This document shows positions 1 to 14,878 of a DNA stretch of 64,000 nucleotides, in pieces (the stretch's first letter is position 1; every line of letters starts with the position of its first letter). The translations under genes were made by a program, and so were the position numbers. The stretch is from Azolla caroliniana. Lineage: Eukaryota; Plantae; Polypodiophyta. The DNA is taken from the NCBI GenBank assembly GCA_043228905.1, contig JBHGNT010000017.1, forward strand, positions 15,872,001-15,936,000, read 5' to 3'. Below the pieces are notes generated by a model. The model made no database searches, was not told the DNA's origin, and saw nothing but the letters and a program-made list of their open reading frames with translations.

Positions 1-1799
1 TGTACATATTGTATAGCCCTTGTCTCTCTAAAGGATACATAATCAGACCATGTGTTTTCATCCAATTTTATGCATTCAACGCACATGTCCACAGAAGACT
101 CAAATAAAGTTAGTGCATGTGAAAAACTCTAGCAAATCCAAGTAGGGTATTGACATGCAGTTTGTTGTCCTTCAGTGAATACAATGTATATTCAAAACTC
201 TTTGCATAGGACTCCATTACAAGTTGCAACTACAACTCACATGTAATGTCTTGCACTTTTTTTGTCTCATGGGTCTTTCATGTCACATCTCTATGGAAAT
301 CGTAAGTCATTTTCAAACTTGAGGGGGGCAGGTTTTCAATGTCATGCATTAGGCAAATAGAAAGAATTTGATTTATGATTAAAGTAAAAAAGGGATTGAG
401 GACCTTCAAACTCGTAATGGTTAATCACCTGAGTAGAATACATCCATATCATGCAATTGATGTAGAATGGAGGGGGTAGTTGAATTTCATTTCCAACTAA
501 AAAAAGAATTATCGCTCCAACAAGAACTATATAGAATCACAATTTTGAATCATATCCCTCGAAGCACATCTTCGATTCAGTTACTGACGCATTACACATA
601 AATGTATTTTTTTTGCGTGCACCATTCAAAGGGAAATGTCGTGTCTTTTTTATAATGATAGAAAAGATCAAAAGGTTAATTAGTTATAAAATAGGAGTCA
701 AGTTTAACAACCTAGAAAACATAGATAAGCCTCGATCCTTGTTACGTAACATGCCCTCTACAAGTTTCATGTTGAAGTTTTATCTATATAGTTTTCCGTT
801 ATTCAAGATTGAACTGTAACCATCGTGTGGACCCATATTGTGTTACATCAAGTGTGGTTACGCATGCAACTGATACTCGTTGACTTGAAACTGCTCTAAG
901 CAAATTGCGCTTCATATTTGTTATATGTCGATTATTATGATTCCAAACTCCTTAAACTTTATTTTATATGCAATGCAAATCCTCTTTTCCTTGTTTCATT
1001 TACTGGATTTGGAAAGCGATAGTTCAATAATTGCAAGTTGTGATTCTATCACATGCACGTCTAGTTCTTGAGTTCCATGTATTGTGAGTCTTGACAATGA
1101 ATCTATATATTGTTTGTACCCAAGAAACTTACATTAATGTGTGCCACCACCACCATTAGAGTAATGTGAATACACCTTGAAAAGACACATACAATTGACC
1201 ATATTGTAAAGTAACAACATAGTGTTAAACTAACAAGACTATCATTCTTTTTTAGGTAAAATGTGTGAAACCTCCCAATAAGTCAAGTTGAATCTCTAAT
1301 CAACATGATTCTAAATGGGATTTTATTATGCGATTTTTTAATATATTAAAACCATGCATCCCTTAGAAGATAGATGTCTACTACTCTAAATGGTATCCTT
1401 AGGAGTGTTGTCAACATATCTATGAAGTTTCGTGGATGGAAGCTCGTGTGCTTTTGATCATTTTCTCTAGACATTGATCGTTGTGACGCACCAACTGATA
1501 TATGTGATTCAAGCCATAAAATAAACATGCAAGTGATGACAAATCCATAGGTTAATGCATCAACATCACACTTACAAAAACAAAAAAAGTTTATCTTTGC
1601 ATTTTATAATATATAAGTGGCAATTCAGTGAACTATTTATTTAGGTTTTGATAATCGAATGGTATCTTAAGATGATAAGAAATATATTTCTATAATGTGA
1701 TCAAATTTTTTGTCAAATAATGAACTACAATAAAATAGATGAATCGCAGAGTTTCCTTTCGGTTACAATGTTGTGTAGTTCACAAGAACAATGGCCGCA

Positions 1800-3030
1800 A
1801 ATGATAAATAAGAAATGTTCAGCAACATGATAACAAGGAATGTACATATCTCTCCAACAAGATCGTGAGAAAGGCATCAAGCATAGACTATAGTCAATGT
1901 ATGGGAATCATACAAATTGTATGAAAAAGACATGAATGTAAAGACACCAATATCACATCGCGTTAGAATCTAAATAAGATATTATCATAACTACCAAAGG
2001 AGACTTACCATTCTAATTGAACACCCACAAATTTGCCCAAATTTATCTTGCATTGTATTAGGATACTAGACATAGATGTAAAAATAACATTTGTCGTTAT
2101 GTGGGTAGATTATTGGAAATACAATGACAACAACAAAAGCTCAACATTGATGTTAACAAGCAATATATGATAATTGACTCCATGTGAACTTTGATTTGAG
2201 GATATTCAAATGAACAAAGAGCTCTTTTTGGCACATGTCAAGGATATTGATGATAAGCGGAAATATTTTCTCTTTTATTTCTTAGCCACACTTGAAAAAG
2301 ATCACTTCAACTTTTAAGTCATAACTTTCAAGTTTAATAAGTGCATTAGTTGATAACTTTGAATGGGGGGGAGAATTGGGGATGGAAAAGGTAAGGAAAG
2401 ATATTTCAATTTGGCATATTTTTTTTAAACTCAAAACCATCCCTGTTAGAACGTGCATTTTTCGCAAGAGAGAGTTTGACGTAAGTATGAGGACAACCTA
2501 GTAAAACTAAGCCTAGCTTCTCATTCCAACCTCATTTCATTGCCACCGTATCAATTTCTTATTTTATGATTTGCCATGTTTATGTTTTATGCTAAAACAA
2601 TATTCTAAAATTCAATCGACTCTAAGAACTTGTTGAAGGCTTTTGCTTAGTCTTCTTTTTATGACATTAACATTGGTGTACTACATGATATGAATCACCA
2701 TTTAGAGAATTGAATTTGGAATGCTCTTTGGGGTTCATATTAAAAACCGGGTGTCCTCTTGGGAATACTTCCTCTTAATCGTTTGACTTGGGTGTCATGT
2801 GAATAATGGAGCTATCACTTTAATGTCAAAATATCCAGTATGTTTTGCTAGAGATCATTGCCATGTTTAGAACATGTGTATATGTAAAAGACTCTCTTCG
2901 TACAAGTTATTAGGTTCGAGAGATGTAGCATTATTTGGCGAGGATATTCAAAAGCCATACATATTGTCGAAATATGGTGAAAACATGATGTGGTTGTAAA
3001 TAGTGGTGACAAAATGTATTCAAATAACAC
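1800..3030 (+). mobile_element. Highly degenerate LINE reverse-transcriptase remnant
   Basis: Broken RT-like motifs near 2630 (LxKAF) and 2745 (GCPL), with many stops. Weak reverse-complement similarity to 11200-11370. Boundaries approximate. Confidence 0.3.
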
Positions 3031-4134
3031 AAAGGGGAAAGTCCTACGTGATAACTAACTAGGAGGGTAGAAAAGAAATGACTGGAATTACCAGCATGAT
3101 ATGTCTAGCACCTGGTCCACATGGTAAGATATAAAGAACCTCATCATGTTTTACAAATATGAACAAATTGCGTATTTGTAGGTTACGGAGCCTTTCAAAT
3201 TAGAAAACACGTAAACATTTCTAAATTCCCATGATACTTGGACTTTACTTTTGGTGATTTTACATGTACTTCCTTACTTTATTGCAACATTGTGTGAAAC
3301 ACTAGAACATCGATTTTGAAAGTAGCCAAAAGTTCTCAAAATCTTGAAAAAAACATGCCATTTGGCAATGAATAGCCTCTAATATGTATCCCCTAGGCCA
3401 CGAACATGCCATGTAGTTTCTAGAATCATGTGCTTTTTTGACATTCGCCCACATGTGAATGTATTTGAGGATGGAAATATTTCCATCGTGAACAATTCAT
3501 GAGAAAGACCATGAAAACGAATAGAGGAGGTTACCTAGCCTATGAAGGCTCCATTTCATTTTATTTGACTCATAGTTTGCTATAAGCGCAAACTTGAATT
3601 GTTGTTACCTTTTTTTGTTTAAGATACTTAAAGGTTATTGTTTCAAGACATGTGCTCTAAATAGATCAACGAAAAATAACTCTCAATCGTCTGGCTTATG
3701 TGTGGAGACAAACATCGAATCAAAACCGAGTAAACCCAAACCTTGTTAAAAACAATGATGGATCAACTTTTCAAGGGGGTGAATTGACTATGACATTAAA
3801 GTGGAGGAAGTGAAAACGAGTGGAAGAGACGTCATGGTGTGTAACCACCATAGGTGATAAACATTAAAAAAATAAAAATAAATAAATACGAGTTCATTTT
3901 CGGCTAGCTAAGATGAGATTGGATGGAATAGAAAAAGTAGCTTTACAAATGTTTCCTAAAGGGAAAATGGGTCGAAATTACGGCCCCTACAATTTTTATT
4001 TTTCACGCTCTTTGAGTTCGATAATGATAACGCGAGAAGAGCATCAACATTGTAAGTGTGTGAGTGTATGTGGAGGGAGGGGTTAGATTGGTGAGAGGAG
4101 TTGTGAGCTTAAAGTGAAGGCTAGAGGACAATAC

Positions 4135-4545
4135 CTAGACGAAATCGTGGGATGTAATCATCGATATAGAGGACAATGCCGAAAAGAGCAAGTATAAGGA
4201 AGAGAAGGAGGCCAAGCCAATGAAGGCTCTCTCGTGACTAAGACAATATGTGATCACAAAGCAAGAAAGGTTTATGAGCCTCAATACCACGGTGCCCACT
4301 AGGGCACGACCTAAAACCCGAAAATGGACATTTGAGTTCCTGGTCTAGAAGAAATCGTGGGATGTAATGATCGATATACATGACAATGCAGACAAAGAGC
4401 ATATATAAGGTGCAGGAGGAGACCAAGCCAGACAAGGCTCTCTCATGACTAGGACAATGTAATCACAAGCAAGAAAGGTTTACCAAACTCGTGACCACTA
4501 TGGCCACTAGGGCACGACCTAAAACCCGAAAATGGACACCTAAGT
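4135..4545. repeat. Two tandem copies of a ~210-bp unit
   Basis: GAAATCGTGGGATGTAAT at 4141 and 4351; CCACTAGGGCACGACCTAAAACCCGAAAATGGACA at 4296 and 4504. Confidence 0.85.
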
Positions 4546-7500
4546 TCTGTTGGTTCTTTGAAAGGAGTGACAGATCTCTTAATTGTGTTTCCAAATAGGG
4601 TTAAAAAAACAGAGAGAAACTGGAGATTACCCAAATTTGGAACATTTTCAGTGGAGATTTGAACCCCCAAAAAAACAATTTATTTAATAAAGGTGTTTTG
4701 ATTTCTAGAGAGGGAGCAAGAAGGACCATAAGATTTCCCAAATGGGTAATAAATAATAAATACGCGGTCTTCTAATTAAAGCAAAGGTAATTAAATAAAT
4801 GTGTAAATAGATAGACAAAATTTATTACAATAAAACTGAAGAAAATAAAATAAAAAAGAGTAGTATTTATCATCACCGAAAACTTTTTACTTAATGGCCG
4901 TCTGGCCTGCTGACGTGGCATGCGATCCACCTGCCACGTGGCCAAGCCATTGAATGAACCATCCTAACGGATAACCGCCAGGTCAACGGTTGAAGCGTTG
5001 ACCAGATTCCACCACCACCCCTCCCCCCTTATTAATAACCATTAAAATAAAATTTAACCATTTCCATTTTTTATTTTCCTTTTTCTTGTTGATATTAATA
5101 GCCTATTAGTACATATTGCTCATTTAAATTTTCCTTGTTTTTCCATTTTTATTTTTTTGTTTCCCTTTTTCTTATTGACAATATTGTTTTCTCCTTCTCC
5201 TTCTCCTTCTCCTTCTCCTTCTTCTTCTTCTTTTTGTTTCACATACACAGCCAGAAGCCCACCAATGGTGGGGGTCCACGTGGCAGGCTCCTCACATGGC
5301 ATGTCCTTCCTTTATACAACATGATATGACCACCCCATGGAAGCATTTCCAAATACACACACACACACGAGGCTTTCGCCACCACATACACCCAAATCCC
5401 TCCTCATTGCGCGTACACAGACATGCCTTTGTCCCCATTTCTTCTTACAAGCTCCGCGTCAGTGTCAGGCTTGGTAATCAAGCCAGTCCCACCGATCAAT
5501 TGTGGCCTCTGACTATGTGTGTGTGGTCTTCATATCTTTTGAAATTGGGTTTTGTGCCTGTGTTGTTCATGCCTTTCGAAACGATCAATCTTGCCTTTAC
5601 TACAAGATTTCACCCCCCCCCCCCTTCCCCCCCCACTTGCAAGTTCCTTCACATGGCCAATTTGCCTTTTTACAACCCCCAACCCCACTACCACCACCAC
5701 CAGATGTTCATTTGGCATTATCTAACCCCAACTTGCATACGTCCAGATTCCAAAATGACACTATTCGTGCTTGTATCTGCATTCATGTCCAAAATAGGTA
5801 AATTCTTAAATGTTATGAAGACCGGGGTTCTCGTATGTTTGTGTGTGTGTGTGTGTGCGCGCGCGCGCACCGCACACTCTTTTCTTTTTTATCTCATGGG
5901 TCCCAGATTGATGAAGATGTCACCAGTCTTCGACGTGGTACATAAAAATAAAAACCTTTCTTAATATTTTGGTACATATTCTCACAATTTTATTTCAAAA
6001 CTCACTGCACTAAATGTTCTATTTATTTTATTCAGAAATTAAATATTCTACTGTTGAGATGCTAAGGATACTGGTGGTTTTGCTATCTATCTTTCAAAAC
6101 GCTCACAAGCCATGTCTTGTGTAAAATGTTTCTTAGAACTTTTTTCAATATGTTCAAAATCACATCTATAATCATATTTTATCGTGATGTTCCAAGATTA
6201 TATCCAAAACTATGTCAACTTTGGTGTTCACAATGCATGCAATTTCTCATGTTTATGCCAACAAAGCATCATCATACCTTCTTGAATTTTGTTTTTGTAC
6301 TTGGATGACATAGTTTAATACATGAAAACTTCGAGAGTAAATATACACACAGAGATATAAGACTTTTCAAACTCTACGCAAGTTTATTGGATCTTAACAT
6401 ATCAAATACAAACGTGTTTTCGCACATGCATCATTGAAGGAAAGTCTTTGATTTATTATAAAAACTATGAAAGCATCTTCATTCACATTATAGAACAAAT
6501 CGAACAATCAAATAAACTTACTTAATTGCATATTCTCCATGGCATCTTTAAATTCATGTTATGTGCTTGTTCAAACTGTTTTCTCCAACAATATGTGAGG
6601 AAGTTAGGTTTCAACGATGATATGCAACTGTCAAGTGGACCTTTGCAATACAGTTACATCAAGTGCAGTTATGTGCGCCACATACTTGCTAACTTAAATA
6701 TAATCTAGTTTGGTCAGACTTTGAATTGGTGTACCCAAACAAATATCCTATTTTTTGTCAATGATACGATTACTCCCTCAATTCAACCATATCCATCATT
6801 ATTTATGTTGTGTATAACTTCTTTCCATGTTTCATTTCATGGAGTTTAGAAGAAAATTTAATAGGTGCAACTTGTACACGTACTCACAGGATTGTGTATT
6901 GTCGTCTCCTTATTATAAACTTTCGTAAGAAAATGCTTGAGCATATGTGGATCTTAAATGTGTCTACATAATAGATTACATTATTGTGCAAATACCACAT
7001 CTAGAGCGATTGTAGCTTCTTTATATTTTTCTCACAAGAAGACACTTTTAGTCCATCATGTTATAAAATAACGATGCACAACTTGAACATACTACATTAA
7101 GAATCCATTTGTCCATATCTATGAGCAACGAGGTCTCTTATGATTAAGCAATAACTCAAACTAAAAGAGTAAGCAAATGCATAGACAATTATGTTTCATG
7201 CCGTGCTCAACGAGCGCAACCAAATTGTTCTGTCTCCAACCAAATAGCGATGACATTAAATGTTTTGTTGATTAGAATTGGACAAATTATGCCTTAATGA
7301 GAAATTATTTATTCATTGGTCTCCAGTAAAATAGAAAAAGACAAAATCATGTTAGGCTTTTCCACAATAGTGAGAATGATGTAACGATGAGATAGGAATG
7401 TCTTCTTAAATGCACATCCTAACATACGAATAAGGTGGTGTTATCACGACATGTATCTGACACACTTCAAACATCAACATAATATCTTGCCATCCAAAAT

Positions 7501-8179
7501 AACTTCTTTATGATTCATGGCACATGTAGTATATTGATGACATTTAAAAGTACACATTGAAAATATCTATCATTGAAAGGGCACATCATACATACAAAGT
7601 GATTTTATCTAAGTATACGTGTTTCATTCCACAATATCTAAAAGCAAATGGTTGTAAATTAGCCCCTTTCTCTTTGATTATGTGTGTCATCTCAACAATA
7701 ATTTGGCCAATTCGTTCCCTTTTTCTCTATGTCGTTGAGCAACCTGTGCACTATGTTGAAATAATGAAAATGGAAGGACCTTCGGGGAATAGAGAAAAAC
7801 TCAAGGGTAGATCAACCAATTTGTGCTCATTGACCAAATCACTTTGAAGAATTATGATGTTAATTTAGAGTAGTTATAATGGGGATAAATATGACTATTA
7901 CAATGATAAGTTTGTAATGTTATTAAGATGAAACAATACATTAAAATTGTTACCAAAGGGTAATCAAGCCATACATTTCTTGGGAGACATATGTGAAGCT
8001 ATTAAACCCAAATGCACGTGTGAAACTTGCTTTACCGATGAGTGATATTATTGTTGCGAACGCTTAAAATGAGGTGAAACCACAAAATAATTATGCCATA
8101 TTAGAAACATTCAAAGAATAGGGTATAAATGTGCCCACCAAAGTCATGGGAGAAATAACAAACACTTGTGAGAGAAACA

Positions 8180-8520
8180 TATGTGATCAATTCATATTTT
8201 GCCGGTAGAACCCATAATCATACCCATGCAAATAAAGACAAAAAAATAATCAATGTACCATGACAAAGAGTTGAAGAGCCACATGAACTTTCAACGCTAA
8301 TGAGGAAGGGATTTGTAATTGTAGATAATTGGTAACTTGTTGCAAGAAAAATACATTATAAGGACAAGTCCAAAGTAGTCGAGAAAGGATCTCATATGGT
8401 TCTTCACACAATAAGCAAGTGGTCAATACACTTTTCTTGCACATACGCGCATATCACCCAATCACAATCTCTCTTTGATTTTCATTATATATCCTTACTA
8501 TAATGAAGACAATTGGTTGC
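8180..8520 (-). mobile_element. L1 LINE 3' remnant (zf-RVT zinc knuckle)
   Basis: ORF 8250-8444 contains CLLCEEPYEILSRLLWTCP, matching the CxxC..ETxxHLLWxCP motif at the end of plant L1 ORF2. Confidence 0.45.
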
Positions 8521-10699
8521 AGCCTCAAAGGATGCCTCACTTGCTCAGTTAAAGAGTACACACAATTATTATTATTAGAAATTGAAAGCATAAAACTATC
8601 AAGTCCAATTTTCATACACAATTACAAATTAGTATCTTGAGCTATGTTCCAAATATTGTAGCTTTCATATCTTGCATATATGTTACAATGGTCACAATAT
8701 CCCGTGTATCGAATTCATACCAATCCTCCTCGTTGTATAGTGCACCACTTAACAACTCTTCAATAAGTATACACACTATAATTTTGCATTGGACAACTAT
8801 CGTTTCTCCTTACTATGGTTAACTACTAAATCTCATTTTATATAACCAAGTGATGAAGACTAAACTATATGGAAACTTCCATTGTGTTTGCATGACACTT
8901 GTCCTTTTGCCAAGCTCAAACACAAGGTACTCATTGAACCCACCAGTTTCTCCATCCATTTGTGCTTTCATGATGCGGTGTTGCATAGGTTGGTCCAAAT
9001 CCCTAGTTCGTCACATTCTCCTCATTCTAGGTCTAGGACTACATTTAATCCAAAGATTGGGGAATTCTCACAAAAAAGTGGTTTTATATATTGATACAAG
9101 ATCTTGTGCATTACGCTATACAATGTTGACATTCCTATAAATCAATCAATAGTCTCTCTGGAACCACATAAAAAAGCTCAAACTTGTGTCTTGTCGTAGC
9201 TAAGGAGGCCTTACATTTGCAATAGGAAATTAAAGAAAACTTGGATTTGGGGTTGGAAGGGGGGGGGGGGGGGGGGTTATTCATCCAGTCTACTAAAAGC
9301 ACATGCTTTTCCATGAAAGCACTACACCTAGGACCATTGTCCTACATATTGTACAAGGTCTCGCATTTCACTAGTTCATGTCGCCCTCCCCATCTGGCCT
9401 TAATTTAAGACCATATTACAATGAATGATGTGGCGCGGTGATGCATTGAACTAATGAGCTTGTGGTCCCCACAAGCTCGATATGACGAACTCGACTATTA
9501 TTCATCAACACTTTCTATCTCTATCAACCCATGTGTTGGGAACCTTTGGAGTTTTGACCAGCGCGAGTCGTCGGTGCGTAGGGGGGAGGTGGTACTTTTG
9601 CAAATCCCAAGCAAAAAAGGAGAACTTATAAATGAAGTATTATATTTAGATATATATATTTATCACGTTATAGAGATGGAGAGGTTGTAAAAGAAACCAA
9701 AGATGTTAAGATGTTCCATCTTTTGCTTTTTAGGAAAAGAAAAGAAACAAGGTAGTTAGTAATTTGTTTGGCTCTCCTTTCCTGTTCAAAATTCGGCTAA
9801 AATTTAAAAAAAACAAGTGTGAAACCAAAGGTGGACATGTTTACAAAATGTATCATGTTTTGCGCGGACAACCTCGGTGTTTTGATTGTTTTTTATTTAT
9901 TTCATAAATGGCTTCTCTTCCTTTCCCGATGCAATTTCTTTATATGTGTATAATGCATCTATCGACGCCATGCATTCGTTGCCAACTAGCCCTTTATTTT
10001 CTATAAACATATATCCTTGGAATGTTAGTGACCACATTTGACATCTCGAAATGTTGATTGCATACGAACACATGCGTACAACACACGTTCATGCCCATGT
10101 GAGCACATACATGTACATGTACATGTGTGTGCGCACACACAAAAACAAAATATTCACAAACGCGCATTTTATATGGGGTCTACACCTTGTGCTTAAGGAC
10201 AAAAATGTTACGTGCTTTTACATATTTGTGAAACTAATAGAGATACTCGTGGATTGAGGTGTGTCTAGGTTCAATGTGTTAGGAATGTTTTGTAGACCTC
10301 CAAAGGAAAGGTAGTTTTGTGGGTTTCCAATAACCGTGTTTTTGCATATACATGTCCATGTAACGCAACCTTTCCTTATGCCGTTTCACCGGCATGTAAA
10401 TAATAATTATAACCTATTTCTAGTTTATTAGCTCTATCGTGTTAGGGACACTTTATATTCATTTCTTAGTTGATTATTGCATCATGTATCTTCCTATACA
10501 TTCTGAGTTTACGGAGAAATGTGACTTAACAAAAAAGACCAACAAGACATGCAACTCCTTCAAACACTTATGTATGAGTAATAAGACTTCCTATGCACTA
10601 ATCAAGTATTCGTTGATAGTTTTACCATCTTAGTTATAAATGATGAAATTCAAGACTTCTTATGTGGCATTATTTATTGGTAGAATGTAAATCAAGGAT

Positions 10700-12650
10700 G
10701 TAAATATATGATGTAGTAGTACTAATGGAGCACATACAAAAGAATGGCAAAGCTTGATGGAGTGAATCATCTGTCTAACATACAACATTGCCAATCCCGT
10801 TCTCAAAGTTGTATTGGCAAAACATAAGGAGTTGAAAATGAGTGAAAAAATAGAGTTCCACATTAATTTGAATCCTTAACAATAAGTACATTTAACCTCG
10901 GTCAAGCATCAATTATGGTATTGGTTACAACGCATTATCACCATCTACGTATAGGTGTTCTCAAGCGACCCTAATCTCCCAAATTCTCCTCATGTAAAAT
11001 TCCTCAATAGAAATAGTATTTCACACTTTCTCCCCAAACATTAATTGTATCAATGAGTACATGAAAAGCTCCATATCATTGATGATTACTAACAACAACT
11101 TCAAATAGTCCATGGTGTGTTAAATTATAATATACCTTATTCCATAGGAATGGTATTATGGCTCTACACTCATTCAAAAATCAATAATATCTTTGAAGAA
11201 AATGGAGTCTTGGATTATATCCACCAAAGGATCACATTTACAACTTCATCGATGACGATACTCTTTGAATATTTTTCACCCCGATACACATTTGGAGGCC
11301 ATAAGTTCCAACAACATATTATGTGCAAAATTGTAATGTCTTTGAACATCGTGTAAGAGTCTTTAAGTATCCTTGCTGATAAAACAACTTACTACTTACA
11401 GATTTTTTGAGCTTACCCGATTAAGTATATAGACACGACGGTTTATGTCCAACCTTAATGTTGTCGGTTTATTCTTGAGCAATGGAACTAGTGTAAAGTT
11501 TTCATATTTTCTCGTTAGAAGATGTGTTTACAAAGTCACATCCAAGTTCATAGTTTGAAACATTTGTCTATAGAAATTCCCTTACTAATCCAATTGGTTC
11601 AAAACAACAACATTGTCTTTTAGAATCCAATACTCCGAAAAACACTCAACATAGGAACTAATAAAGGCAAGACAAGTTATTGTCATTATCACCTAAAATG
11701 GACTTGATAGAATTGTCCATCTTGATGTGGATATATATGTATATGCATATTTGTTCCAAGTTTGGAGGACAATAGTAACACTCCTATAACTCATATATGA
11801 ACATTTGTTCTCGTTAATTATGTAAAAAAAACGATCAAACCATCATACATGGTTATGAAATAACACCAATAAATTAAAAACCACATAAGCTAATTGAAAA
11901 AACATCTTAAATTGTGCACATACATGAAGAATCTAGTCTAACTTCCATTCTTTCATGGATATATTTTGAAACGGTACAAAACATAGATTTAGCATACAAC
12001 ATTCATTAATCATCCACAAACACTACACCTCAAAATGTACATTGTGGGATCTCACCATGGAAAAGCAATATTTTTATAACGACGACATTGTCAATTCACC
12101 ATTTAGCCTTGAGTATTGACCAATGATAAAATAATTGTATCTTTTGTAAGCCAAATAAGTACTCTTGATTCGCTTTATTTGATGCATACAAGTTCCCAAG
12201 TACCGAAATTTACCACAAGAAGAACCAAGATGTTTGGGGACTTTTGTCGAACTTGTAAGTTGTGTCAGAACTCCAAAAAAATAATGTAAGATGTGAAAAA
12301 TGCCACAACTCTTCAAAAACAAACAACGACTAGAAAGTTTACGTTTGCTTTTTGAAGAGCTTGGTTCTTGAACTTTTGTAATTGAATCGATTTAATGCCT
12401 ATATCTCTTGACAATACATGATATAAAAAGAAGATTCTAATGTCAGGCTTACCGTGAAAACATTACCATTATTGTCCCCAAATGGAAGGGATATCTTGAT
12501 GCAAGTGAAGGTACCTTGTATGCATCCTACCCACACATCTAGAGACAAAAATGTTGAGGGTTTGGGCGATTGTCGTGGCATAAGATCAAGTCTATTGTTT
12601 TGAGAAGCCTAGTTTGAAAGTTACACTAGCATTCAAAGTCTATGACTTCA
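10700..12650 (-). mobile_element. Degenerate L1 LINE RT remnant
   Basis: Ordered decayed motifs on the minus strand: RQSPKPSTFL (resembling RQGxPLSPFLF), PFGDN (resembling FADD) and FRYLG. Boundaries approximate. Confidence 0.35.
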
Positions 12651-13268
12651 GGATGGAAAAATAGTTGTGCTTCATTTTATATAATTAATCGAACACTTGT
12701 GTAGAAATAATTGAGCTTTTTTTATTAGAGACATGGCACCACATTATGTTACACACATAATGTCGAAAGTACTATAATAGTTCTACAATCAACGTTTTGA
12801 CCTTATTGGTATTCGTGCTATAAGCCTCCACTTAACCTACCAAACCATAATGCATGAACAAGATTGATCAAAAGAGTCTAGCCTCCATATAAGAAGCTAT
12901 TATTTTTCATATGTTTTGTCCAACATTAACAAGTATAGTCAATGTTTGGAACTCACATGCAATGATATGCTTATAACACTTCATTGAAAAATTGAGTGTT
13001 ACAAGCTACTCAACTTTTAGGACCTCAAATAAAATCTCTTGCATAATAGGGGACTTGTAGACTGGAATTAAGCTATAAATGTTGGCATTACAAAATATCT
13101 GACATGTATTTACATGGACAAGGTTGATTAGGTTTATGCCATAATTAAATGAAAGAGCCATTGTACACTCTTATCTTTTGTATAAAACCCATAATGCAAA
13201 AACACATTGTCTTTCTTGCTAATCAAGGCTTACAGACATTCGAGAATAGTCATAGGGTATATATTCAA

Positions 13269-13551
13269 GGGAAAAGTACCAGGATACCCCTGGAAGTTCG
13301 TTTGTTTACCAAACTGCCCCTGGAAGTTCCAAATTTACCAAACTACCCCTATGTCCAAAAAATTACACTTTATAAAGTAATTATACACTCAAATCTTTGG
13401 TAAATAGGGCTAGTTCGGGTCCATTTCTTCCATCTTTGGTAAATAGGGCTTGTAGATTTGAGTGTATAATTACTTTATAAAGTGTAATTTTTTGGACATA
13501 GGGGTAGTTTGGTAAATTTGGAACTTCCAGGGGTATCCTAGTACTTTTCCC
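13269..13551. mobile_element. Mutator-like MITE (fold-back)
   Basis: Long terminal inverted repeats GGGAAAAGTAC...GTACTTTTCCC with ~100 bp near-perfect arms. Perfect 9-bp TSD TATATTCAA at 13260-13268 and 13552-13560. Confidence 0.9.
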
Positions 13552-13890
13552 TATATTCAATAAGTTTTGATCCGATGAATCATTGTATTTGACTTCATCA
13601 CATGTTCTATCCATACAGTATGTTGTTGTGTGCTAGAACATCGTCTCCCTTACATTTCTTGTAGATGAAGAGGAGAAAACTTGTTGGTTCAAATTGATGT
13701 CTCACATGGCAAAAGACCCATACTCAATAGGATGTGGAAGACACACCATTTTCTCATTTTTTTCTTATCTTGGGCCTCACAATTGTGTGCCTATGAGATA
13801 CATACTTCTCGGTAGAAAAACTTTATGGCATACCAGATTTCGTTTTCGTGGTTGTTTTTGTACCAAAAGGAGAAACAAAGTGCAGAAAAA

Positions 13891-13926
<36 letters not shown>

Positions 13927-14679
13927 ATGGTCAAAAAGCAATGCAAGCATGAAGGGAACATAATGCAATGTGTCATATTAGTGTTCTACCTTGGGAAAAG
14001 AAAACATTAGTGACGACGATGATCAACAAAACTTTCGCAATTCTACCAACATTTGAGTTAGTAACCTTTATGGGTAATTTTTTTGGATGCGAATTCTCTT
14101 TATTGATTGACCAAGTTTCCTTTTGATTCTCGAACAAATTTATAAGAGGTCATTAGAAAAATTATATATTTGTGTCAGTTGACGCCCCCCTTTAAAAATG
14201 TATCCAACCGAAGTAATCTTTTATTAAGTAAGGACATCGTTTTCCCCAACAATAGTAGGGAATATACAATGCTGAAGGGATTTTTTCTTTACAAATCAAA
14301 TAATTCTTCTCTCGATGCATGATATAATTGGGGAATACGAGATAATAGCACAAATTTATGGTGTGTGTGGTAGATTTGTTTATTACAAAATCAACGTTTT
14401 AGACATCTGAAGCATATGTTTTAGTGAATGATGAATCCACCTGAAACTAGTGAATCATCCGAGAGTTTTAGTGAAGGAGGAATAGGGAACACATATAAGG
14501 AGTGAATGATGGATCTACCCATAACACTATGTGTGTGTGGGAGGGAGGGAGGTTTAGTGGACAATGAAGCAAAAAGAAATTAATGCACGATGAATCCAAT
14601 AGAAACACACCACGTATATGAGAGAGAGGCTTAGAGAATAACAACCCCCAAGCATGCATATTGGTGAACCACGAATCCA

Positions 14680-14878
14680 ATCAAAACACACTTTAGAGGA
14701 GGATGAGCCAAAGCCGATGTACATATTGGAGATAGATAGATGGACACCTTTTTTACGTCCACGAAAGATCAATTATGATCTATGAAACGGAGCCTAGCCC
14801 ATGGTGAGGTTTGAACCTGGGCCTTCTACATTTTATGACTTTTGATGCAATGGCATAAATCACCAAGCCAACAACCAA
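14680..14878 (-). mobile_element. tRNA-derived SINE copy 1
   Basis: Minus strand has an A-box-like TGGCTTGGTG and a B-box GGTTCAAACC followed by TCACCATGGG. Body motifs are shared with the copy at ~54690-54870. 3' boundary uncertain. Confidence 0.55.

Noticed and set aside
4905-4945. Clustered ACGTGG (G-box/ABRE-like) motifs
   Set aside because: No gene is recognisable within ~10 kb and such motifs are common inside plant DNA transposons, so I did not call a promoter.
5296-5964. 222-aa ORF and overlapping ORFs
   Set aside because: They run through (CA)n, poly-C and (GT)n tracts, with no recognisable domain or splice context.
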